Part shown: in pieces, positions 27,671 through 36,586 of the stretch
Layout of the letters: every line of letters starts with the position of its first letter
How positions within the stretch are numbered: the first letter of the stretch is position 1
Source: an uncultured Candidatus Binatia bacterium
GTDB taxonomy: Bacteria > Desulfobacterota > Binatia > HRBIN30 > CADEER01
Direction: 5' to 3'
Assembly: GCA_964475125.1 (NCBI GenBank)
Contig: CAYYWP010000004.1
Location: forward strand, 1 to 60,438
Length of the DNA: 60,438 nucleotides
Translations under genes and position numbers: made by a program
The notes under the pieces: model-generated
Databases searched by the model: none
Told to the model about the DNA's origin: nothing
Seen by the model: only the letters and a program-made list of their open reading frames with translations

Positions 27671-29059
27671 TTGCGGATTCCCGTCGAACGCCGGGGCGGA
27701 GGCCTGCTCACGCTCGTGACCACGCCAGACTGGATCGGTCTCTTCGCCTCGCGCCGCGCCCGGGTGGGGGTGCTCGGCCTCGGCTATGTCGGCCTGCCGC
27801 TGGCGGTGACGATCGCGGAGGCGGGGTTTGCCACCCTCGGCTTCGATACCGACGGTGAAAAGATCGCCATGCTCGAGCGTGGCGAGTCGTACATCCGCCA
27901 CGTGCCGAGCGATCGGTTGGGTGCTGTCCTCGGCACTCGGCCGCCGGCGAACGCTGATGCCGCCGGGCTGTATCCGAGCCGGGAATGGGGGGACCTGCGG
28001 GCATGCGACGTCGTCGTGCTCTGCGTGCCGACGCCGCTGACCGCAAACCGGGAGCCCGACTTGTCGTATGTCGTCGGCACGACGGAAACCGTCGCGGCCC
28101 ACCTGCGTCCGGGTCAGCTCGTGACGCTCGAGAGCACGACCTATCCAGGCACGACGGAGGAGGTGCTGCGCCCGATTCTCGAGCGCAGCGGGCTGCGCGC
28201 CGGGCGCGACTTCCACCTCGCCTTCTCGCCCGAGCGCGAGGATCCGAACAACCCCGCCTTCACCATCCGCACGATCCCCAAGCTCGTCGGCGGCGTCACG
28301 CCGGAATGCGGCCGCGTCGCGGCGGCCTTCTACGGCGCCGTGGTCGAGCACGTGGTCCCGCTCTCGAGCGCCGCCGCCGCCGAAGCGGCCAAGCTGCTGG
28401 AGAACATCTATCGCAGCGTCAACATCGCGCTCGTCAACGAGCTCAAGGTGCTCTTCGAGCGCATGGGGCTCGACACGTGGGAGGTCATCGACGCCGCCGC
28501 CACCAAGCCGTTCGGCTTCACCCCCTTCTACCCGGGCCCCGGCCTGGGCGGGCACTGCATCCCGATCGATCCATTCTATCTGACCTGGCGGGCACGGCAG
28601 TTCGATCTCAGCACGCGCTTCATCGAGCTCGCCGGCGAGATCAACGTCGGCATGCCGAGCTACGTGATCGAACGCCTGGTCGGTGCCCTGAACGAGCGCG
28701 GGCGCGCCCTCAAGGGCGCCAAGATTCTCATCCTCGGCGTTGCCTACAAGCGCGATGTCGAGGACGACCGCGAATCACCGGCGGTGAAGCTGATCGAGAT
28801 CCTCCGCCACAAGCACGCCGAGGTGAGCTATCACGATCCGTTCGTCGCAGTGCTCAAGCCCGGCCGTCGCCACAACCTCGGCCTGCGTTCGGTGCCGCTG
28901 ACCGCGGCGACGCTTGCCGCGGTCGACGCGGTGGTCATCGCCACGGACCACAGCGGCGTCGACTACGAGCTCGTCGTGCGCCATGCCGCGTTGGTGGTGG
29001 ACGCCCGCAACGCCACCCGCAACGTGCGTACGGCGCGGGACAAGATCGTCCGCGCCTGA
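27671..29059 (+). CDS. UDP-sugar 6-dehydrogenase of the UDP-glucose/GDP-mannose dehydrogenase family; probably UDP-N-acetyl-D-mannosamine dehydrogenase (WecC-like), given wecB in the island
   Basis: VGVLGLGYVGLPLAVTIAEAG Rossmann opening, CVPTPL, the catalytic-Cys block GPGLGGHCIPIDP, and ILGVAYKRDVEDDRESPA. The start may be an internal GTG. Confidence 0.85.
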   Translation: MRIPVERRGGGLLTLVTTPDWIGLFASRRARVGVLGLGYVGLPLAVTIAEAGFATLGFDTDGEKIAMLERGESYIRHVPSDRLGAVLGTRPPANADAAGLYPSREWGDLRACDVVVLCVPTPLTANREPDLSYVVGTTETVAAHLRPGQLVTLESTTYPGTTEEVLRPILERSGLRAGRDFHLAFSPEREDPNNPAFTIRTIPKLVGGVTPECGRVAAAFYGAVVEHVVPLSSAAAAEAAKLLENIYRSVNIALVNELKVLFERMGLDTWEVIDAAATKPFGFTPFYPGPGLGGHCIPIDPFYLTWRARQFDLSTRFIELAGEINVGMPSYVIERLVGALNERGRALKGAKILILGVAYKRDVEDDRESPAVKLIEILRHKHAEVSYHDPFVAVLKPGRRHNLGLRSVPLTAATLAAVDAVVIATDHSGVDYELVVRHAALVVDARNATRNVRTARDKIVRA

Positions 29060-29086
29060 TGAACTGCCGCGAGTACGTCGGCGGCG

Positions 29087-30643
29087 TTGCTGGTCGAGAC
29101 CGGATGCCGAGCCGTCGACGACCATGACGCAAGACGACGCGCGAGTCTGGAGCGCCCGGCGTTGAGCGCGGTCTCTGCGAGCCCCCGCGACCGACGGGCG
29201 CACGGCTACCGCGACGCGGCGTGGAGTGTACTGGCCGCGGCGCTGCCCTTCCTGGTTTTCCTGCGCACGATGGCGCCGACGGTCTACGGCCTCGACAGCG
29301 CCGAGCTCAGCACCGGCGCGTATGCGCTCGGCATCGTGCACGCCCCGGGCAGCCCGACCTACATGCTGCTCGGCCATCTCTTCTCCCGCTTGCCGATCGG
29401 CGACGTGGGCTACCGCTTGAACCTCATGTCGGCGGTCGCGGCGGCGCTCGCCGCGCTCTTCCTGTTCCGCGTCCTGATGCGCCTCACCGGCGAGCGAGCC
29501 CTGGCCCTCGCGGGCAGTTGGTTTACCGCCTTCACCTACTACTTCTGGGTGAGCGCGCTGGCGGCGGAGCTGTACGCGCTGCATGCCGCATTCGTCGCCG
29601 GTCTGCTGCTGTTGGCGCTGCGCTGGCGCGAAGAGGCCCGTGCGTCCTCGCTCTGCCTGCTGGCGCTGCTGTTCGGCATCGGCGCCGGCAATCACATCGC
29701 CATGGTCCTGCTTCTCCCCGGCTTCGCCTGGCTCGCCGCAACCGGGCGCGCGGTGCCGTGGCGCCCGCTCTGGCTGGCGTCGGCGGCGGTCGCCTGCGGC
29801 CTCGTCGGTGCCGCCGTCTATCTGTATCTGCCTCTGCGCTACCTGTCGGACACGCCACTCAACTATGCGCGTACGTATTGGCACGTCGACCTCACCACCG
29901 CCGAGGGCTTGCGCTGGATGGTCACGGCGCGCCTGTTCAAGTCTTCGCTCTTCGGGGTGCTGGCGGCGGACCTGCCCGGCGAAGTGGCCACCTACCTGCG
30001 GCGGCTGTGGAGCAACTTCGCCGGCCTCGGTGTGTTGCTCGGCCTATTGGGCCTCATCGGGGACTTTCGCCGCCGGCCTTCGCTGCACATCGGCCTCGGG
30101 CTTCTCTTCGCGGCCCACCTCGCCTTCTATCTGTGCTACCGGGTCGGCGACAAGGAGCTCATGCTGTTGCCCACCTATTTGGTCTGGGCCGTATGGGCCG
30201 CGCTGGGGGCGCGAACGCTCTGTCGCCTCCTCGATCCATGGCTCGCCCCGCGCTGGTCGATCCCTGCCGCGGCGCTGCTGTTGGCCTTGGCGGCGGCGTG
30301 TCTGGTTGAGAACTTCGACCGCGTCGACCTCAGCCGCGACTGGTCGGCCCGACAGCGCGGGGAACGCATCCTCGCCAGCCTCGAGCCCGGCGCCGTCTAC
30401 CTCGGGACGTGGGCCGACGTGCCGATTCTCGAATACCTGCAGATCGTCGAGCGCGTTCGACCCGACGTGCGCACGGTGAACCTGTTCTTCACGCCCGGGC
30501 AGGGCGCGAGTATCGCCGGCGAGATGCTGCGCGGCCGCCGAGCCGTCTACACATCGGCGCCGCGTGTCCTCGCCGGCAGCGGACTCGGCCTCGATCCGGT
30601 GGCGGCATGCGGCTGCTACCGGGTATACCCGGCGGCCTCATAG
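29087..30643 (+). CDS. DUF2723-family polytopic membrane protein (TMEM260-type, GT-C fold; named GT117 in some annotations)
   Basis: FLVFLRTMAPTVYGLDSAELSTGAYALGIVHAPGSPTYMLLGHLF is the characteristic DUF2723 opening. About 11 TM segments, then a soluble C-terminal domain. Confidence 0.75.
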   Translation: MLVETGCRAVDDHDARRRASLERPALSAVSASPRDRRAHGYRDAAWSVLAAALPFLVFLRTMAPTVYGLDSAELSTGAYALGIVHAPGSPTYMLLGHLFSRLPIGDVGYRLNLMSAVAAALAALFLFRVLMRLTGERALALAGSWFTAFTYYFWVSALAAELYALHAAFVAGLLLLALRWREEARASSLCLLALLFGIGAGNHIAMVLLLPGFAWLAATGRAVPWRPLWLASAAVACGLVGAAVYLYLPLRYLSDTPLNYARTYWHVDLTTAEGLRWMVTARLFKSSLFGVLAADLPGEVATYLRRLWSNFAGLGVLLGLLGLIGDFRRRPSLHIGLGLLFAAHLAFYLCYRVGDKELMLLPTYLVWAVWAALGARTLCRLLDPWLAPRWSIPAAALLLALAAACLVENFDRVDLSRDWSARQRGERILASLEPGAVYLGTWADVPILEYLQIVERVRPDVRTVNLFFTPGQGASIAGEMLRGRRAVYTSAPRVLAGSGLGLDPVAACGCYRVYPAAS

Positions 30644-30787
30644 ACCGCGCCGGCGGTCCCGGGAGCGACTCGGCCGCCATTTTGGAAGGGTGACAGCGGG
30701 TTACTCGGGTGCCATCGGCCTCGCCATCTGGTGCTGGATCCGGCCGAGACACGCCTCGGGGACGTGAAGTTTTTACCTTGATCAGAC

Positions 30788-30814
30788 TGGACAGGCGCGC
30801 CGCGTGAGTATAAG
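30788..30814 (+). promoter_or_regulatory. Candidate sigma70-like promoter for the small Cys-rich protein gene
   Basis: TGGACA (30788..30793) and TATAAG (30809..30814) in an unusually AT-rich patch. The spacer is only 15 nt, so this is weak. Confidence 0.25.
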
Positions 30815-30841
30815 AGCAGGCGGCGGACTGTAGGAGAGAGA

Positions 30842-31282
30842 GTGTTGCTTTCTGCAGTGGCCATGCATGGCCGAGGATCACTGCTCGCGGCTGCGATCGT
30901 GGCCGTGAACTTCGCTCTGGCGCTCGATCTCACCGGCCTTTCTTATGGCCGCTACCAGTGGACTGCCTACGCCCTGATCGCCTACACACCGACCAATACA
31001 CCGACCAACACACCGACCGCGACGCCCACCAATACACCAATCCCGATCGGCGGGAGCTGTACGGCTGGAACGGAGTGCACCTCGACGTTCTGTGTCGACG
31101 GTGTGTGTTGCAACGAGATCTGCGACCAGCCGGGCGAGTTCTGCAACCTCCCGGGGAACGCGGGTACCTGCTCGATGCCCACGGCCCCCGCACCGACGCT
31201 GCGTGGTCCGTGGCTGGCGGTGACGGTGCTGCTGCTCGCCGCCATCGCGCTCTTCGCTTTACGCGCGCGACGAACCCGTTAG
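30842..31282 (+). CDS. Small secreted Cys-rich protein with a TPTN-repeat linker and a C-terminal TM-plus-basic tail (sorting-signal-like)
   Basis: GTG 30842 follows GGAGAG; the alternative ATG 30863 gives MHGRGSLLAAAIVAVNFALA. The linker is TPTNTPTNTPTATPTNTPIP. The 8-Cys module is CTAGTECTSTFCVDGVCCNEICDQPGEFCNLPGNAGTC. The tail is PTAPAPTLRGPWLAVTVLLLAAIALFALRARRTR. Confidence 0.6.
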   Translation: MLLSAVAMHGRGSLLAAAIVAVNFALALDLTGLSYGRYQWTAYALIAYTPTNTPTNTPTATPTNTPIPIGGSCTAGTECTSTFCVDGVCCNEICDQPGEFCNLPGNAGTCSMPTAPAPTLRGPWLAVTVLLLAAIALFALRARRTR

Positions 31283-31442
31283 CACCCCGAGGTTCCACCT
31301 CGCAGACCTGGCCGCGGGTGTCACTCGGTCCGATCGAGGGGGCGTGCCGTCGGACGGGCAGACGCAAGCGTCGCCGGGTGACAGGCATGTGCACGGTGCC
31401 TCGCACGACACCTGATTGCGTCGGCGTGCGAATGCACTCGCC

Positions 31443-32639
31443 GTGAAGATCCTGCACGTTCTCAATCACTCGCTGCCCCATGTCGACGGCTACAGCGTGC
31501 GCAGCGCCAACGTCTTGCGGCTGCAGTGCGAGGATGGGCTCACTCCGATAGCCCTGACCTCACCGCGACAGGAACCGGTCTCTTCCGTCGCTTCGGAGCG
31601 CATAGACGGCATCCTGCACTACCGTACCGCGCCGCCCCGGGCGGCGCCGCCGGCCGTGCGGCCGCTGCTCGACGCCAAGACCGTGTACCAGCGCATCGCG
31701 GCGGTCCTGCGCTGCGAGCAGCCGAGCGTGATCCACGCCCACTCCCCGAGCCCGTGGGGCGCCGCGGCGGCGGTTGCGGCGCGACGCCACCGGCTGCCGT
31801 TCGTCTACGAAGTGCGCGGCTGTTGGGAGGACGCCGCGGTCGACGCCGGCACGACGCGGCCCGCATCCGTACGCTACCGCCTGACGCGGGCGCTGGAGAC
31901 CTGGGTGTTGCGCCGCGCCGCGGCGGTCACGACGATCTGCGCTGGACTGGCATATGAGATCTCAGCCCGCGGGATTTCGAGCCCGAAGCTCTTCCTGACC
32001 CCGAACGGCGTCGACGGCGAGCGCTTCGCCCCGCTGCCGCGCGACGCCGCGCTGGCCGCCCGCCTCCAGCTGCCTCCCGATGGCCCCACCGTAGGGTTCG
32101 TCGGCTCGCTGCTCGCCTGCGAGGGCGTCGAGGACCTCGTGGCGTCCGTGCCGGTGATCATGCGGCGTGTCCCAGGCGTGCATGTCATCGTCGCGGGAGT
32201 TGGGCCACGCCTCGACCCGGTGCGCATGCTGCAACAGCGGCTGCCGCAACCGGATCGGGTCCATATCGTGGGCGCCGTGCCGGCCAGCGAGGTGCGGCGC
32301 TACTACTCCCTGCTCGACGTCGTGATCTATCCGCGCCGGCCGACCCGTCAGACCGAGATGGTGACACCGCTGAAACCGCTGGAAGCGATGGCGATGCAGA
32401 AAGCCGTGTTGGTCGCCGACGTCGGCGGGCTGCGGGAACTGGTCGATGCGGCCGTCGGGGCCACGTTCCGCGCCGGCGACGTGGAACACCTGGCCGAGCA
32501 GTGTATCGCGCTGCTCTCTGACCCAGCCCGCCGCGCCGAGCTGGGACGCGAGGCGCGCCGGCACGTCCTGGCGACGCGCTCCTGGCGTCGGCTGGCGCCG
32601 ATCTACCGCGCCGCCTACGCGGCGGCGAGCGATCGCTGA
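31443..32639 (+). CDS. GT4 glycosyltransferase of the PEP-CTERM/exosortase-A-associated type (Daro_2409-like)
   Basis: GTG 31443 gives VKILHVLNHSLPHVDGYSVRSANVLRLQ..., matching that family's opening. C-terminal GT-B block EMVTPLKPLEAMAMQKAVLVADVGG. Confidence 0.8.
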   Translation: MKILHVLNHSLPHVDGYSVRSANVLRLQCEDGLTPIALTSPRQEPVSSVASERIDGILHYRTAPPRAAPPAVRPLLDAKTVYQRIAAVLRCEQPSVIHAHSPSPWGAAAAVAARRHRLPFVYEVRGCWEDAAVDAGTTRPASVRYRLTRALETWVLRRAAAVTTICAGLAYEISARGISSPKLFLTPNGVDGERFAPLPRDAALAARLQLPPDGPTVGFVGSLLACEGVEDLVASVPVIMRRVPGVHVIVAGVGPRLDPVRMLQQRLPQPDRVHIVGAVPASEVRRYYSLLDVVIYPRRPTRQTEMVTPLKPLEAMAMQKAVLVADVGGLRELVDAAVGATFRAGDVEHLAEQCIALLSDPARRAELGREARRHVLATRSWRRLAPIYRAAYAAASDR

Positions 32640-32679
32640 CCGTCGAGCAACCGAATCTCGCCACGCCTTGACTGCGTTC

Positions 32680-33795
32680 TCATCGCGTCCCGCGCTCGTG
32701 CCGGCTCGGTGACGCGCTGACCATCTCGACGAGGATCCCCACCCCCGCCCCGGCGTGGATCGTCACGATGGCCGCGAGCAGCCAGGGCAGCAGGCGCCAA
32801 CCGCACCGTCGCGCCAACCAGATCGCCTGCACGGCGACGACGCCGAGGTACAGCCCAGCGCCGAGGGCGTACGCCGCGGCAAGAGCGTTCGACAGCGCAA
32901 GCAGCGGCAGCGTCGCGATGGCGCTCAGCACGAGGAGCGCGGGCAGGAACGTCGCGAGCGCAAACGTGCCGGGATGGCGGCGCAGCAGGCGCAGGCGCCC
33001 GCGCCCGTAGCGCACTTGCTGGCGGAAGAGCGCCCGCAGGCTGGTGCGGGCGTAGTAGGGCGTCGACAGCTCCGACGTGTAATAGCAACGGAAGCCACTC
33101 CGTGCGACGCGGAGGCTGAACTCCAGGTCCTGACAGGCGTCGAACGATTCGTCGAAACCGCCGACGCGCTCGAAGACGGCGCGGCGATAAGCCACGGCGG
33201 CGGGGTGGGGTGAGACGAAGCCGGACTCGGCCGCGTAAGTGACCGAGGCTGGGTGGCGACCCAGAGCAGAGGCTCGCGCCGCGACGACGGCCAGCTGGAT
33301 CTGGTCGCCCGACTCACTCGTGAGCGGCTGCGGGTAGCCGACACAGTCGGCGCCGGTGCGCTCGAAAACCTCGGCCAGCCGCGACAGGAACTGCCGGTCG
33401 TGCACGTCGGTGTGCCCGTCGACGATGGCCACGATGTCGCCGCGACACGCGGCGATACCGGCATTGTGTCCCGCGCTCGCCCAGCGCTTCGGATTGTGCA
33501 GGAGGCGTACGCGCCGCTCGCGTTGCGCCACCGCCGCGGCGATCGCGGCGGTGGCATCGGTCGACTGCCCGTCGACGACGAGCACCTCGAAGCGGTCGGG
33601 CGGATAGTCCTGATGCAGCAGCCCGTCCAGCGTCGCCGCCAAGTAGCGCGCTTCGTTCCACACCGCGATGATCACGGACACGAACGGCCGCGCCACGACG
33701 TTCGCCTTCGCACCGACCTCGGCAGGCGCTCCAACAGTCCCGAGTCCAGGCAAGGGGTCCGCATCTGCCTGCAGGTTGATCCGCGTCGGGTCCAC
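32680..33795 (-). CDS. GT2-family glycosyltransferase with C-terminal transmembrane helices
   Basis: VSVIIAVWNEARYLAATLDGLLHQDYPPDRFEVLVVDGQSTD. The C-terminal approx 100 aa are hydrophobic. Confidence 0.85.
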   Translation of the reverse strand: MDPTRINLQADADPLPGLGTVGAPAEVGAKANVVARPFVSVIIAVWNEARYLAATLDGLLHQDYPPDRFEVLVVDGQSTDATAAIAAAVAQRERRVRLLHNPKRWASAGHNAGIAACRGDIVAIVDGHTDVHDRQFLSRLAEVFERTGADCVGYPQPLTSESGDQIQLAVVAARASALGRHPASVTYAAESGFVSPHPAAVAYRRAVFERVGGFDESFDACQDLEFSLRVARSGFRCYYTSELSTPYYARTSLRALFRQQVRYGRGRLRLLRRHPGTFALATFLPALLVLSAIATLPLLALSNALAAAYALGAGLYLGVVAVQAIWLARRCGWRLLPWLLAAIVTIHAGAGVGILVEMVSASPSRHERGTR

Positions 33796-34096
33796 TCCGG
33801 CCGCTTCTCGTCGTCGCCCTGTTATCCGCGGTGGGTGGGAAGATCAAACCTCGCCGGCGGCTGCAGGGGCGACCTCGAGCGCCGCGTGGCGCGCCGCAGC
33901 CGCGGGGACAGGCGTGACGTTTCAGGCGCTGCGCCGGTGGTCAGCGGTCGGTCTTCGACGCGCCGGCGGCGTCTGGTTTCAGCCTGGGCGGCCGCGGTCG
34001 CCGCCAGCTCGGCGAGCCGTGCGCAGCCGCCGCGCTTCGGCGGCGCGGTAGAGAAGTCGGCACGGTCACGGTAGAAGCTCAGGCGACGGGCTGGCC

Positions 34097-35428
34097 ATGG
34101 AGGTGCACTCGGAGCGGCGGAATGACCCGCCACCCCCTGCCGCCGATCGGCACCGTGCCGCCGCTCGGCGGCGGGTGCTGATCGTTACCCTCTATTACGC
34201 TCCCGGCAACACCAGTGGCAGCCTGCGCATGGTCAAGTTGACCAAGTATCTGGCGCGCTACGGTTGGGACGCCAGCGTGCTGACGGCGCCGACCGCGCGC
34301 TACGCGACGACCGACCCCGCTCTCCTGCTCGAGCTGCCGCGCAGCACGCGCATCTATCGCGCCCCGTGCTGGGATGCGCGGGTGGCGTTCGGCGTGCGCG
34401 GAAAGTACCCGGCCCTCGTCGAAGTGCCCGACCGCTACATCTCCTGGCTGCCGGGTGGCGTGTGGACCGCGCTGCGTGTCATGCGCGCCGATCGAGTCAG
34501 CGCCGTGCTGTCCACCAGCCCGGTCCCCACGGCCCATCTCATCGGGCGCATCGTCACGGCGCTCCGCCGCACGCCGTGGATCGCCGACTTCCGCGATCCG
34601 TGGCCATATGCGGAGCACCGGACGCGGCTGCGCCGCGGAGTCGAACGACGCTTGGAAGCGCTCGTGCTCCGCCACGCCGACCGCGTCCTCGCCAGCACGC
34701 CGGAGATTCTCGCTGCCCTCACCGCAGACGAGCCGCGGGTGGAACCGAAGGGCCAGGTGCTGTACAACGGCTACGACGAGGACGACATCGGCAGCGCCGA
34801 TGCGTCGGCCGATGCGGAGAGCGACTTCGTGCTCTTGCACGCCGGGCTGCTGCATCGAGACTATCGCAACCCCCGCGCCCTGCTGATCGCGGTGCAACGC
34901 TGTCTGCAGCGGGGGGGGCTGCCGCCGAGCACCCGGGTGAACCTGATGGCCGGCGGCGAGGATGGCATGGCCGCACTGGTCGAGGATCTGCGCCTCACCC
35001 TCGGCCTCGCCGACCGCGTGCACATCGGTGGGCGTCTGCCGCATCGACAGTCCGTCGCCGCCATGTCGGCAGCCTCGGTCCTGGTGCTGCTGCAGGGCGA
35101 GCGCATGCTGCCGCAAATTCCCGCCAAGGCCTTCGAGTATCTGCGCAGCGGACGGCCCATCCTGGCACTGGCGCCGGCGCACAGCGCCACGGCGCAGTTC
35201 GTACGCGGATTCGCGGGGGTCTACCTCGCCGCTCCAGATGATGTCGCGGCGATCGAACAGCGACTCGGAGAGATCGCCGACGCCTGGCGCGGTGGCCTGC
35301 GCCTCTTCGATCGGCGCGACGCCGTGCGGCGCTTCACCCGCGAAGCCGCGGCGCGCGAGTTGGCGGAGATGCTCACCGCGGTCAGCGGCGAGGTGAACGG
35401 CGCGCCGCTTGCCCGCCGAACGGTATGA
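34097..35428 (+). CDS. GT-B fold glycosyltransferase (GT4-like)
   Basis: RVLIVTLYYAPGNTSGSLRMVKLTKYLARYGWD opening. C-terminal KAFEYLRSGRPILALAP block. Confidence 0.7.
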   Translation: MEVHSERRNDPPPPAADRHRAAARRRVLIVTLYYAPGNTSGSLRMVKLTKYLARYGWDASVLTAPTARYATTDPALLLELPRSTRIYRAPCWDARVAFGVRGKYPALVEVPDRYISWLPGGVWTALRVMRADRVSAVLSTSPVPTAHLIGRIVTALRRTPWIADFRDPWPYAEHRTRLRRGVERRLEALVLRHADRVLASTPEILAALTADEPRVEPKGQVLYNGYDEDDIGSADASADAESDFVLLHAGLLHRDYRNPRALLIAVQRCLQRGGLPPSTRVNLMAGGEDGMAALVEDLRLTLGLADRVHIGGRLPHRQSVAAMSAASVLVLLQGERMLPQIPAKAFEYLRSGRPILALAPAHSATAQFVRGFAGVYLAAPDDVAAIEQRLGEIADAWRGGLRLFDRRDAVRRFTREAAARELAEMLTAVSGEVNGAPLARRTV

Positions 35429-36570
35429 CCATGCCATCGGGCCCGGCCGATACGGCGCCGGTGGCAGCGGTGCCGGCGGGCCGCGTCGATGTGAGCATTC
35501 ACGTGGTCGAACAACCCGATGCACAGGTACACGGACAGGTGCGTGCGTTTCTCGCCGCTGCGCCGGCCGGCTCGATCGCCTTCGCCGAGCACGATCCGGG
35601 CTGGTTGGACGTCCTCGCGGCGGGCCTTAGGCATCGTCCATACGCCGTCATCGCGCGGCGCGAGGGAGAGACGGCGGGGGAGGGGATCGTCGGCTATCTG
35701 CCGTTGGCCCTGACCACCAGCCGCATCTTCGGCCGCTTTCTGGTCAGCCTGCCGTACCTGGATCGGGCCGGGATCGTCGCCGCGGATTCGACCGTCGCCG
35801 CCGCGCTCATCGACGCCGCCGTTCGCCTTGCCGCAGCAGTGGACGCCGACTACCTCGAGCTGCGGCAGGAACGCGTACACGTACACCCGGCGCTGACGGC
35901 GCAGCGATCCGACAAGGCGCGCCTGGTGCTGGGGCTGCCGGCGACGGCCGACAACTTGTGGCAGCAGGTCGGTAGCAAGGTGCGCAATCAGGTGCGCAAG
36001 GGCGAACGAAACGCGCTGACGGTTCACTGGGGCGGCGCGGAGCTGGTCGACGAGTTCTACACCGTATTCGCCGCCACCATGCGCGACCTCGGCACGCCGG
36101 TGTTTTCTCGGCGGCTTTTCGATCAGCTTCTGGAGCGCTTTGCGACCGCAGCCGAGCTCGCTGTGGTGCGACATCGCGGACGCCCGCTGGCCGCGGCGCT
36201 GCTCATCCACACCCGCGGCGGCGGTCTCACGCCACAGACACACGTCCCCTCTGCGGCCAGCCTGCGGCGGGCGCGCAGCATGAACGCCAACATGTGGATG
36301 TACTATCAGCTCCTGGTGCGCGCCATCGAGCGCGGCAGTCATCTGTTCGACTTCGGGCGTTCCACCGTCGACTCGCCGACCTACCGTTTCAAGCAGCAGT
36401 GGGGCGCGCACGCGCAACCGACGGTCTGGCAGTACCACGTGCGCCGCGGCACCATCGACGCCGCGCGCCCACACGACCCGCGTTTCGCACTGGCGCGTGC
36501 GCTGTGGCGTCGCTTGCCGGTCGCGGTCACGCGGTGGCTCGGTCCGCCCCTCGCCCGCGGCCTCCCCTGA
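35425..36570 (+). CDS. FemAB-family protein, PEP-CTERM-system-associated type
   Basis: ATGA overlap at 35425. GYLPLALTTSRIFGRFLVSLPYLDRAGIVA...DYLELRQ...MRDLGTPVFSRRLF...MWMYYQLLVRAIERGSHLFDFGRS are family blocks. Confidence 0.8.
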   Translation: MTMPSGPADTAPVAAVPAGRVDVSIHVVEQPDAQVHGQVRAFLAAAPAGSIAFAEHDPGWLDVLAAGLRHRPYAVIARREGETAGEGIVGYLPLALTTSRIFGRFLVSLPYLDRAGIVAADSTVAAALIDAAVRLAAAVDADYLELRQERVHVHPALTAQRSDKARLVLGLPATADNLWQQVGSKVRNQVRKGERNALTVHWGGAELVDEFYTVFAATMRDLGTPVFSRRLFDQLLERFATAAELAVVRHRGRPLAAALLIHTRGGGLTPQTHVPSAASLRRARSMNANMWMYYQLLVRAIERGSHLFDFGRSTVDSPTYRFKQQWGAHAQPTVWQYHVRRGTIDAARPHDPRFALARALWRRLPVAVTRWLGPPLARGLP

Positions 36571-36586
36571 GGGCCGCGGCGCCTCG

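Noticed and set aside
30644-30841. Possible small RNA or riboswitch in the AT-richer spacer upstream of the small Cys-rich protein gene.
   Set aside because: I could not recognise any known riboswitch core or a convincing conserved stem-loop by eye. Only a weak promoter-like pair of hexamers with a short 15-nt spacer is present.
31159-31282. A PEP-CTERM sorting signal on the small Cys-rich protein, which would fit the exosortase-type gene neighbourhood.
   Set aside because: No Pro-Glu-Pro motif precedes the helix (the sequence is MPTAPAPTLRG). Only the general tripartite layout is present, so I reported it as an unclassified tail instead.
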